From positions 1-16,354 of the forward strand of contig JBDRHP010000006.1 in NCBI GenBank assembly GCA_043816785.1: a stretch of 16,354 nt of DNA, in the 5' to 3' direction. The notes beneath the pieces are model-generated. The model saw nothing but the letters and a program-made list of their open reading frames with translations, did not search any database and was not told where the DNA came from. This document shows, piece after piece, positions 7,932-16,083 of the stretch (positions are counted from its first letter, which is position 1; every line of letters starts with the position of its first letter). The translations under genes were made by a program, and so were the position numbers. The stretch is from Candidatus Margulisiibacteriota bacterium (GTDB lineage: Bacteria > Margulisbacteria > WOR-1 > O2-12-FULL-45-9).

Positions 7932-9901
7932 TCAAACGTTTTTTTGTTATAGCATTGCTAGCTTGCTGCGCGGCCGCGCCAGTCATGGCGGTTGACGGGA
8001 TTTCCCTTGATCCTTCGCAAAGCATCTACAGCGGCAGGCAGCTTGGCATGGGCGGTGTTTCCGTTGCTTTCTCCGATGATGCCAGTGGAATTTTTACCAA
8101 TCCCGCAGGACTGACCAAACATGAGTTCCCCCAGCTGATCGGCGCATCCAGAAAACTTGTTTTAGATGAAACCGTTTATACCCTTTTTGGCTGGACACTG
8201 CCCACCCAGTGGGGAACTTTTGGCTTGGGCTACACAGGCATGAACACCGGCGGATCATATCCCACCAAACTGGACCCTGCCACCAACCGGATAATTATTG
8301 ATCCCAGCCGCGAAGCCATGAGCTATGATAACAGCGTTGTGGCCCTTTCCTATTCCAGACAAGTACGGGAAGATCTTTCCCTGGGTGGCAATCTAAAATT
8401 CTTTAATCAATCATTAAGCGGCGACGTCGGCAGCAGCGCCAATGCCACCGGCATTGACTTAAGCGCCAGCTATCAGCCCCTTGCCTGGTTGACCGTGGGA
8501 GCCAACCTGCAAAACCTTATCGAGGGCAATCTGGCCTGGTCAGGCGGGGCCAGCGATAAGATCGGCGGTTTCTACAAATTGGGTGTTAAGCTGAATATCC
8601 TTGGCTCGTCTGAAGTGGCCCTTAGAGAACATGACCACCAACTATTTGGCGGCATTGATATTGATATTCCGCATAGCACTCTGACTTCGACCAACTATCA
8701 CCTGGGGGTTGAGTACTTTCCTTTAGAAAAAATCGCGCTGAGAGCCGGAATAAACATGGGGCAGAGCGGCGCTGGCCTGACCTTTGGCGTAGGCTTGACC
8801 AACGGCGGGTTTAGATTTGATTACGCCTTTGCCCAACGGCCTGGCATCCCTGGAGACATGCCCCATTATTTCTCCCTGTCCTATGTGGGAGAAAGAGTGC
8901 TTAATGTTTTCCACAAACTCAAGCAAAAAGAATCAGGCATTAACTGGCTTGAGCCAAAAGACCGATACATCACTGACAGAAGCGATTTACCAATTATAGT
9001 CGAGGTCAGGGAAAAACGCATCATGGACCAGAAAAAGGTCTGGGTAGTGACCGGCATGTCTGAAACATCAGAAGCCAGCGAAGCGGTCAAATACAAAGAT
9101 CTCTCGCCTGTCTTCCTAAATGGCATAAAAGTTGAACAGACCGGCACAATTGAAACATCATCACCATTAGCCATGGGCAGGAATGTCTTTGAAGTGGTTG
9201 GCTACGGCTCTGATGAGCTGGTGCCAGGCAGTATCTCACCAGAAGTTTTTGCCGCTTCATCAGAAGTCAGGGTATTGCGCTTTAAACCGTTTGCTGACAC
9301 GCCGATGAGCCACTGGGCGATCGAACCAATCGCGCTTTCAGTTACACTTGGCCTGGTCAAGGGGTATCCGGATGATACTTTCCGGCCGGAAAAAGGCATA
9401 ACCAGGGCAGAACTGGTAACTCTTCTGGTCAGGAGCATGCCAGTCAGTCTGGCTGAAGAGATCTCCTACGCTGGATTTAAAGATGTGTCTAACAAGCATT
9501 GGGCCGCAAAATATATTGCTTACGGTTCCTACAAAGGGCTCGTCACTGGTTATCCAGACGGTACTTTCAAACCTAACAAGGTCTTAACGCGGGCCGAAGG
9601 GATTACCGTGTTAGCCAGGTACGCTAACCTGGTTGAAGAAACTAATGTTGCGCCGCCGTTCCCGGATCTTAATCCGGATTTCTGGGCTAATAAATACATT
9701 GCCGCGGCTAAGAAATCAGGCATGCTGCAGTACCTGGTGGGCAAGGACTTTGAGCCGCCAACCCCATTTACCAGGGCTGAAGCCACCGAAGTATTTTACA
9801 GGACCCCGCCAGTCCAGCAGGGTGTTGATCAATTCTGGGATACAGGAGTTATTTCTGCTGAACAGACTGAGACCCAGACAGCGACTTCTGAGGCGCAATA
9901 G
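7928..9901 (+). CDS. PorV/PorQ-like outer-membrane barrel fused to three C-terminal S-layer homology (SLH) domains
   Basis: Signal peptide; GRQLGMGGVSVAFSDDASGIFTNPAGL (PorV/FadL-type N motif); barrel strands ending near HYFSLSY (~8885); SLH repeats FADTPMSHWA..GYPDDTFRPEKGITRAE, FKDVSNKHWA..GYPDGTFKPNKVLTRAE, FPDLNPDFWA..FEPPTPFTRAE. ATGA overlap with the upstream gene. Confidence 0.85.
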   Translation: MIKRFFVIALLACCAAAPVMAVDGISLDPSQSIYSGRQLGMGGVSVAFSDDASGIFTNPAGLTKHEFPQLIGASRKLVLDETVYTLFGWTLPTQWGTFGLGYTGMNTGGSYPTKLDPATNRIIIDPSREAMSYDNSVVALSYSRQVREDLSLGGNLKFFNQSLSGDVGSSANATGIDLSASYQPLAWLTVGANLQNLIEGNLAWSGGASDKIGGFYKLGVKLNILGSSEVALREHDHQLFGGIDIDIPHSTLTSTNYHLGVEYFPLEKIALRAGINMGQSGAGLTFGVGLTNGGFRFDYAFAQRPGIPGDMPHYFSLSYVGERVLNVFHKLKQKESGINWLEPKDRYITDRSDLPIIVEVREKRIMDQKKVWVVTGMSETSEASEAVKYKDLSPVFLNGIKVEQTGTIETSSPLAMGRNVFEVVGYGSDELVPGSISPEVFAASSEVRVLRFKPFADTPMSHWAIEPIALSVTLGLVKGYPDDTFRPEKGITRAELVTLLVRSMPVSLAEEISYAGFKDVSNKHWAAKYIAYGSYKGLVTGYPDGTFKPNKVLTRAEGITVLARYANLVEETNVAPPFPDLNPDFWANKYIAAAKKSGMLQYLVGKDFEPPTPFTRAEATEVFYRTPPVQQGVDQFWDTGVISAEQTETQTATSEAQ

Positions 9902-12200
9902 AATAAGTCTGCCCGTTTGTTTTTATCACGATCGCTCCCTGGTTATCTGTACGATAGATCTTTATGCCTGCTGCAGCTAATTTCTTTAATGTCGTTGGGT
10001 GAGGATGCCTGAACTTATTATGCCTGCCGCAGGATATAACCGCTATTTGGGGATTAACCGCGGACAAAAAGCCGCTGGAAGTTGAAGTGGAACTCCCGTG
10101 ATGACCAACCTTCAAGATCGTTGAGGAAAGATACGATGGCGGAAAGGTTTCTAATATCTTTGCTTCACCCTCCTGCTCATTATCTCCGGTAAAAAGCATG
10201 GAAAATTCACCGTACTGCAGGCGCAAAACCACAGAAGCATTGTTAACATTTTCATCGACAAAAGGTAATGTTGGATGAAGAATGGATCCTTTAAGCCTTT
10301 TGCCAAAATCGATCGTCTGCCCGGCTCTGGCAAGATGATATTTGATCTTATTTCTTTTTATAAGATCAAGGAATCTTCGATACGTTTGGGAATCATAATT
10401 AAACCCCGGGTCAAAAACAGCCTCAACCTTTATCTTGCTAAGCACCGGCGGTAAGCCTCCCAGATGATCTTCATGCGGATGGGTAAGGATCACCAGATCC
10501 AATTTGCGAATGCCGTTCTTTTGCAGGAATGGGACAATTACCCTTTCGCCCATTTTTCTCTCTGCCCCATCGATCAGGATCTTTTCCCCGCTCGGGTTTT
10601 CCAGCAAGATCGCATCACCCTGCCCCACATCGAGCACTGTTATTGTTAAACCGCCAGTGGCCAAGGATAAAGCAGCTGTCCAGAGCAGGATCGAACAAAC
10701 AATCAGGGAAACGACGGCAACCCTAAATTTAGTTGTCTTTGGCAACCTGCCGCGGCGAAGAATTTCAACCAGACCAGCTAAACCCAGATAATACCCAATA
10801 ATAATTGGAAGTTTTGGTGGGGCTAAAAATACTTGGGCAAAAGGCAGGGAAGCCAGAGCAGTGATAATCCTGTCAGCAGCCCAGAGTAGGATTAGATTCG
10901 CTCCATTGACCAGTTCGCCCAGGGGGAGGAAAATCGCGCCCAGCACTGTTGAGATAAAGCCCAAAACAACTATAAAACCCACCCAGGGTAAGAGAATAAT
11001 ATTAGTAAGTATCCCTATCAATGAAGCCTGGCTAAAATGGAATAAAGTGATCGGCACAGAAACAAAAACTGGGGATACAGCAACAGAAAGAGTCGTGGCC
11101 ACAAAAGTGGGGACAAAGGCCTTTAGCTTTTCTCCGATCACCGGCGCAACATAAACCAGTGAGCAGGTAGCGGCAAAAGACAGTTGAAACCCCACATCAA
11201 AGAGACATTTGGGATTAAATAACAGGATAATAAAAGCGGCAAGAGAAAGAGAAGTATAGACTTCCTTTTCCCGCTCAAAAAGCAGGCCGACCAGCATGAT
11301 CTCAGCCATGATCGCCGCGCGCAGGATCGAAGGACCAAAACCAGTCATCAGGGCGTACAAAAAATTAACTATTGTAGTTATCAGCACTGCCAGCCAAAGC
11401 GGCAATCTGGCGGAGCGAACGATAATCAGACATACGCCAATGAGAATGCCCAGATGCATGCCTGAAGCAACTAAGAGATGAGCCACGCCAGCCCTTTTGT
11501 ATGTTTCCTTGATCTCAACCGGCGTTCTTGACGCTTTTGAGCCAAAAACAATGCTAGCCAGCAAAGTAGCATAAGGTTCAGGCATGGTTTTTTGCGGCAC
11601 AACGATCAATTTATTTTTTAGCAGAATACTGAGCCTAACCAGCGGGTTCCCCCCGCCCCTATGAAGTAATTCTGGAGGTGAACGAGTTGACCTTAGCTGA
11701 CAATTTATCCCCTGGTTATTCAAAAAATCAGCGTACGACAGAAGTCCGGGGTTAACTAAACTCTCGAGGTCCTCGATTTTTCCTTTAACTTCAATTTTAT
11801 CCCCATATTCAATCCTGCCTGCTTTACTCACAACCGAGATAAAGCCAGTTGCCTTTCGTTGGCCGACCTTATTGACTTTCAAGGTAAAAAACATTTTGTC
11901 ATCGATAATCCTCGGCTCATCGCGGAGCTGACCAATGAGGCTTACATATTTATTCTTGGGAAAGTTGGAAACGTCGCTTTTGGAGGGAGGAAGGTTTCTG
12001 ATCTGGAAATTTAATAGGCCAATCAATAAAAATAGTCCGAGGATAAGAAAATGAATCTTTTTCTTAAATAAAACGCCATAAGTTGTTGCTCCAAGTAAAA
12101 GAAAAACAAATAAAGATGAAAGCAAGATGGGAAAAAGCATCGTCCTGCCAATTACGATTCCCAGAATATATGCGATTGTGATGAAAATTAGTGGGCTCAT
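9849..12200 (-). CDS. comEC: DNA uptake channel ComEC/Rec2 with C-terminal metallo-beta-lactamase domain
   Basis: AHLLVASGMH, PSILRAAIM, DVGFQLSFAAT, LDVGQGDA, THPHEDHLGG, NNASVV, FTGD, LKVGHHGS, YRTD; multiple TM segments; 783 aa. Confidence 0.95.
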   Translation of the reverse strand: MSPLIFITIAYILGIVIGRTMLFPILLSSLFVFLLLGATTYGVLFKKKIHFLILGLFLLIGLLNFQIRNLPPSKSDVSNFPKNKYVSLIGQLRDEPRIIDDKMFFTLKVNKVGQRKATGFISVVSKAGRIEYGDKIEVKGKIEDLESLVNPGLLSYADFLNNQGINCQLRSTRSPPELLHRGGGNPLVRLSILLKNKLIVVPQKTMPEPYATLLASIVFGSKASRTPVEIKETYKRAGVAHLLVASGMHLGILIGVCLIIVRSARLPLWLAVLITTIVNFLYALMTGFGPSILRAAIMAEIMLVGLLFEREKEVYTSLSLAAFIILLFNPKCLFDVGFQLSFAATCSLVYVAPVIGEKLKAFVPTFVATTLSVAVSPVFVSVPITLFHFSQASLIGILTNIILLPWVGFIVVLGFISTVLGAIFLPLGELVNGANLILLWAADRIITALASLPFAQVFLAPPKLPIIIGYYLGLAGLVEILRRGRLPKTTKFRVAVVSLIVCSILLWTAALSLATGGLTITVLDVGQGDAILLENPSGEKILIDGAERKMGERVIVPFLQKNGIRKLDLVILTHPHEDHLGGLPPVLSKIKVEAVFDPGFNYDSQTYRRFLDLIKRNKIKYHLARAGQTIDFGKRLKGSILHPTLPFVDENVNNASVVLRLQYGEFSMLFTGDNEQEGEAKILETFPPSYLSSTILKVGHHGSSTSTSSGFLSAVNPQIAVISCGRHNKFRHPHPTTLKKLAAAGIKIYRTDNQGAIVIKTNGQTYSIAPQKSLSGSQSVQQK

Positions 12201-12214
12201 TATTTATTTCTAAA

Positions 12215-12299
12215 CCCTCACCCCTATAATCCCCTCTCCCCCTGGGAGAGGGGCCGTTAATTTATTAGCAACCACTTAACCGCTCAGTTGGGGTGAGGG
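12215..12299. repeat. Nested inverted-repeat element (REP/MITE-like) between comEA and comEC
   Basis: Perfect 10-bp outer IR CCCTCACCCC (12215-12224) / GGGGTGAGGG (12290-12299), enclosing a perfect 10-bp hairpin CCCCTCTCCC-cct-GGGAGAGGGG (12231-12253). Confidence 0.8.
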
Positions 12300-12306
12300 C
12301 AAGGAT

Positions 12307-12909
12307 CTATATGCAAATCTGATCCTTTATCTTCCCAAACTTACTCTTGCCAATACTTTTGACTTTCATCACATCTTCGATCTTGGGAAAAGGCCCATTA
12401 GTCGAGCGATATTCAATGATCTTTTTTGCGGTAGTCGGCCCAATGCCCTGAACCTTACACAAATCCTTCTCACTGGCCGCATTTATGCTGATTTTCCCTG
12501 AAGTTCCCTCTGATCTTCCGATATTCTGATGCCCTGATACTCTTTCCACCGTTATTTGCTTAACGGGAATATTCACCTTTTGCCCATCCTTGACCTTCTC
12601 TGCCAGGTTAATGGCAGAAAGATCTGCCAAGGCAGTGGCTCCACCGGCCAGGGCCAAAGCATCGATCAGCCGATCTCCTAGCTTAAGCTTATAAACGCCT
12701 TCGTGTTTAACCGCGCCAGTAATGTGAACAATGATCTTGCTCGTGTCAAGCTGTGGAATATTTTGTTGGGGTTCCGGAGCCTCAATTAAGATCTCATTTG
12801 CCGGATCAGCAGCAAAATGACGAAAGGCCATAACACCCAGGCCGGAAACAATAACCAGGACCAAGCCAAGTAGGATCAACTGCTGTTCCCGAGTTAGTTC
12901 TAAAAGCAT
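12307..12909 (-). CDS. comEA: Competence DNA receptor ComEA (TM anchor, SLBB domain, HhH domain)
   Basis: N-terminal TM; VHITGAVKHEGVY...DALALAGG...INLAEKVKDGQKVNIP; KISINAAS...QGIGPTTAKKIIEYRSTNGPF..IEDVMKVKSIG. Confidence 0.93.
   Translation of the reverse strand: MLLELTREQQLILLGLVLVIVSGLGVMAFRHFAADPANEILIEAPEPQQNIPQLDTSKIIVHITGAVKHEGVYKLKLGDRLIDALALAGGATALADLSAINLAEKVKDGQKVNIPVKQITVERVSGHQNIGRSEGTSGKISINAASEKDLCKVQGIGPTTAKKIIEYRSTNGPFPKIEDVMKVKSIGKSKFGKIKDQICI
12509..12540. repeat. Octamer tandem repeat in the comEA interdomain linker
   Basis: TCTGATCT TCCGATAT TCTGATGC CCTGATAC; encodes VSGHQNIGRSE on the minus strand. Confidence 0.65.
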
Positions 12910-12987
12910 ATAAAACAGGCAAGCAATCTTATTACCAGGGTAAGTTTGAGGTTTTTACGAATGAAGCGTCGGAATCCCGACAGTGGG

Positions 12988-13614
12988 CTAGAGTTTGTGG
13001 TAAATGCTTAGAATATCATTAACGTATTTCCCTGTGGTCGAACTGTAGCCTTTTTTGCGGGCCACAGCATTGGGACCCTCAAGATAGCCAGCCAGGGCAA
13101 AGGAAACCTGATCACCATAATTATTGAATTTATCAAGCAAATATTTTACATAACGCACAGTGCCTTTAGCATTGTCATCTATGTCATAGGGATTGGTCAC
13201 GCCAGTGGTCTTGCAGGTTGAAGGCAATAGCTGCCCCAAACCAGCAGCCCCTGATTTGGAAATAGCCCGGGGATTAAAACCTGATTCGCGGCGGATCAAG
13301 GCTGTAACTAACTTAGGATTTACATTATAAGTCTGGGTATGGCGCATAATAGCCTTACTAATGGCCACGGCTTCTTCGGGTTTACGATAAGCTAAAATAT
13401 ACTGTTGGATCGGCTTTTGGGCAGCTAAGCCGCCACCACCAAGGAAAGTGGCATTGATCGGACCTCTTGAGATTGGATTTTCTGGCTGAGAAAAGGTCGG
13501 CTGCAGGGTAGTCACGGTCGTCACGTCAGGCGGCGTATAGCCTTTGTTCCCGCCCAAGCTGGAAAAGATCGTAAAGACAAACAACAGCACGATTACGCCA
13601 GTTGTGGCATCCAT
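12988..13614 (-). CDS. Membrane-anchored or exported lytic transglycosylase (SLT domain)
   Basis: N-terminal hydrophobic segment; ALIRRESGFNPRAISKSGAAGLGQLLPST with the catalytic Glu; NPYDIDDN..G.RY; ALAGYLEG. Confidence 0.9.
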   Translation of the reverse strand: MDATTGVIVLLFVFTIFSSLGGNKGYTPPDVTTVTTLQPTFSQPENPISRGPINATFLGGGGLAAQKPIQQYILAYRKPEEAVAISKAIMRHTQTYNVNPKLVTALIRRESGFNPRAISKSGAAGLGQLLPSTCKTTGVTNPYDIDDNAKGTVRYVKYLLDKFNNYGDQVSFALAGYLEGPNAVARKKGYSSTTGKYVNDILSIYHKL

Positions 13615-13621
13615 TGGGTTT

Positions 13622-13650
13622 ATTTTAGCACTTAATCAGGGGTTTGGCAA
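13622..13650 (-). promoter_or_regulatory. Sigma70 promoter of the transglycosylase gene (possibly slt-comEA-comEC), probably leaderless
   Basis: TTGCCA (13650-13645), 17 bp, TAAAAT (13627-13622) in an extended TGCTAAAAT; 7 nt to ATG 13614. Confidence 0.72.
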
Positions 13651-13661
13651 AAAAGCAGGGA

Positions 13662-15779
13662 TTATTTATTGAGCCGTTTCTTATCTTCGTCAGTAACAGC
13701 TTTGATCGAGAGGTTCTTGCGGCCTTTTTCATCGACCTCAACCAGCTTAACATAGACCTCATCACCAAGTTTTAAAGCGTCTTCAACCCTGGCTACGCGT
13801 TGTTGGGAGATCTGAGAAACATGGACCAGGCCGTCCTTGCCTGGCATCATCTCAACAAAAGCGCCAAAAGGCATGATACGAACAACCTTACCCTTGAAGA
13901 CCTCGCCGATCTTAGGTTCATAGGTCATGTCCTCGATGATCTGCTTGGCTTTCTTGGCGCCTTCGGCATTGGCTGAGGTGATCAAGACACGTCCGTCATC
14001 TTCAATATCGATCTGAGCATCTGTTTCTTCAATGATCCGCTTGATATTTTTGCCGCCAGGCCCGATAACCAGACCGATCTTATCAGGATCGATCATAATG
14101 CTGCTGACGCGAGGCGCGAATTCCGACAGTTCCTCCCGCGGCTGGGCAATAACTGATTCGATCTTGTCCAGGATCTTAAATCTGTTTTCTTTAGCCTGGG
14201 CAAAGATCTTGGCGATCAGGTCATGAGACAGACCATCGGTCTTAACATCAACTTGAATGCCGGTCACCCCTTTGCGGGTACCGGAAACTTTGAAATCCAT
14301 GTCACCATAATAATCCTCAATCCCCTGGATATCGGTCAACAGCTTTTCCTTGTTGCCTTCCTTGATCAGGCCGATTGAAATACCAGCGACCGGGTTATCG
14401 ATCTTGACCCCGGCGTCCATCAAAGCTAAGGTGCTGCCGCAGGTCGCGGCCATGGAAGTCGAGCCATTGGAGCTTAAAACTTCAGAAACTAATCTAATAG
14501 TGTATGGAAATTTCTCTTCATCAGGTACCACCGGTAGAAGCGAACGTTCAGCCAGGGCACCGTGTCCGATCTCTCTGCGTCCCGGGCCTCTCATTGGCCT
14601 GACCTCACCAACCGAGTAGGACGGGAAGTTATAGTGGTGCATGTAGCGCTTGGTTTCGTCAGGGCTTAAGCCGTCAAGCCTTTGCTCTTCTCCCAAGGCA
14701 CCCAGGGTTGCGACAGTCAGGCACTGGGTTTCACCGCGGGAAAATAAGGCTGAACCATGGACCCGGGGCACAATACCGACTTCGCAGCTAAGCTCGCGCA
14801 GGTCATTCAAGCCCCTGCCATCCGGCCGCTTATCCTTGTCCAGGATCATCTTGCGCACAGCTTTTTTCTGGATCTTCTCAATAACATTACCAATGTCAGC
14901 CTTGTTCTCTCCAAAAATCTTCTTGAGCGCTTCATCCTTAATGCCCTGCTCAAGCTCGTCCTTGATCTTAGCCAGTTCATTATCCCGATCAGCCTTATTG
15001 GCAATATTCATCGCGGCCGTGATCTTGTCTGCCGCATTATCATTGATATATTTAGCAATCTGTTCATTCGGTTCATACAGCTTGACTGTTTTCTTCTTTT
15101 TGCCAACTTCTTTGGCCAATTTTTCTATCAGCTTGATGATCTCTTTGATCCGGCTATGCGCTTCCTTGATCCCTTTGATGATCTCGGCCTCAGGAACCTC
15201 TTCAGAGCCGCACTCGATCATCAAAATCTTATCCTTGCTGCCGGCTACGACCAGGTCCATTTCTGAATCCTGCATCTCAGTAACGGTCGGGTCAATAATA
15301 AGTTTATCCCCAACTTTGGCTACACGAGCAGCCGCGATCAGGGTATCAAATGGTATATCAGAAATGGCTAAAGCAGCAGAAGCGCCAATGAGCGCCAGGA
15401 TATCAGGAGGATTCTCCTGATCAACGGAAAGCGGCGTGATCACCAGCTGGACATCGTTGCGGAAACCTGCAGGGAAAAGCGGCCTGATGGGCCGGTCAAT
15501 GCGGCGAGAAGTTAAAATTGCGTTTTCAGTTGGTTTGCCTTCGCGTTTGAAAAAGCCGCCTGGGATCTTGCCCGCAGCATAAAGCTTTTCTTCAAAATCA
15601 ACTAACAGCGGGAAGAAATTGATGCCTGGTCTGGGGGTATCGGACATCACAGTGGTCGCGATAACCAGGGTATCGCCTACCCGGACCTCCACAGACCCGC
15701 TTGCCTGCTTCGCCATTCGCCCGGTCTCTAGTGTGAGGACCTTGCCTCCACCAAAATCCAATTCAACTTTTTTTGTCAT
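13662..15779 (-). CDS. pnp: Polyribonucleotide nucleotidyltransferase (PNPase)
   Basis: [80 protein letters not shown] (IGPGGKNI) and S1 domains. Confidence 0.98.
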   Translation of the reverse strand: MTKKVELDFGGGKVLTLETGRMAKQASGSVEVRVGDTLVIATTVMSDTPRPGINFFPLLVDFEEKLYAAGKIPGGFFKREGKPTENAILTSRRIDRPIRPLFPAGFRNDVQLVITPLSVDQENPPDILALIGASAALAISDIPFDTLIAAARVAKVGDKLIIDPTVTEMQDSEMDLVVAGSKDKILMIECGSEEVPEAEIIKGIKEAHSRIKEIIKLIEKLAKEVGKKKKTVKLYEPNEQIAKYINDNAADKITAAMNIANKADRDNELAKIKDELEQGIKDEALKKIFGENKADIGNVIEKIQKKAVRKMILDKDKRPDGRGLNDLRELSCEVGIVPRVHGSALFSRGETQCLTVATLGALGEEQRLDGLSPDETKRYMHHYNFPSYSVGEVRPMRGPGRREIGHGALAERSLLPVVPDEEKFPYTIRLVSEVLSSNGSTSMAATCGSTLALMDAGVKIDNPVAGISIGLIKEGNKEKLLTDIQGIEDYYGDMDFKVSGTRKGVTGIQVDVKTDGLSHDLIAKIFAQAKENRFKILDKIESVIAQPREELSEFAPRVSSIMIDPDKIGLVIGPGGKNIKRIIEETDAQIDIEDDGRVLITSANAEGAKKAKQIIEDMTYEPKIGEVFKGKVVRIMPFGAFVEMMPGKDGLVHVSQISQQRVARVEDALKLGDEVYVKLVEVDEKGRKNLSIKAVTDEDKKRLNK

Positions 15780-16045
15780 CTAAGACCTAAACTTGCCGAC
15801 AACTTCTGATGTCTTGACGCATCTTTGCCCTGAAGGTACATGAGCAGTTTCTTGCGCTGGCTAACTATCATGAGCAAGCCGCGTCGGCTGTGGTTATCCT
15901 TTTTGTTTTTCTTTAAGTGCTCGACCAAGGAGTTAATTCTTTCTGTTAACAAAGCTACCTGGACTTCGGGTGACCCAGTATCCCCTTTGCTCTGGGCATA
16001 CTTCCCCATGACTTCTTCTTTCCTTACCTTTTTTAGTACCATCAT
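15776..16045 (-). CDS. rpsO: 30S ribosomal protein S15 (start at ATG 16045 or 16042)
   Basis: [37 protein letters not shown]...LGLR; lies between ribF and pnp. Confidence 0.98.
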   Translation of the reverse strand: MMVLKKVRKEEVMGKYAQSKGDTGSPEVQVALLTERINSLVEHLKKNKKDNHSRRGLLMIVSQRKKLLMYLQGKDASRHQKLSASLGLR

Positions 16046-16050
16046 TTTGT

Positions 16051-16079
16051 ATTATATCACAGAATAGCCAAGCGCACAA
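16051..16079 (-). promoter_or_regulatory. Sigma70 promoter of rpsO-pnp, probably leaderless
   Basis: TTGTGC (16079-16074), 17 bp, TATAAT (16056-16051) in an extended TGATATAAT; 5 nt to ATG 16045 or 8 nt to ATG 16042. Confidence 0.7.
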
Positions 16080-16083
16080 GAGG

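Noticed and set aside
9633..11481. Short alternative-frame ORFs overlapping the SLH gene and comEC
   Set aside because: They overlap well-supported genes and have no motifs or initiation signals.
12968..12981. Small hairpin GTCGG-AATC-CCGAC just after the slt stop as a terminator
   Set aside because: Only a 5-6 bp stem with no U-tract; it may be a degenerate small palindromic repeat, but one copy is insufficient evidence.
14350..15420. Long + strand ORFs (89, 256 and 169 aa)
   Set aside because: Antisense shadows of pnp with no recognisable motifs.
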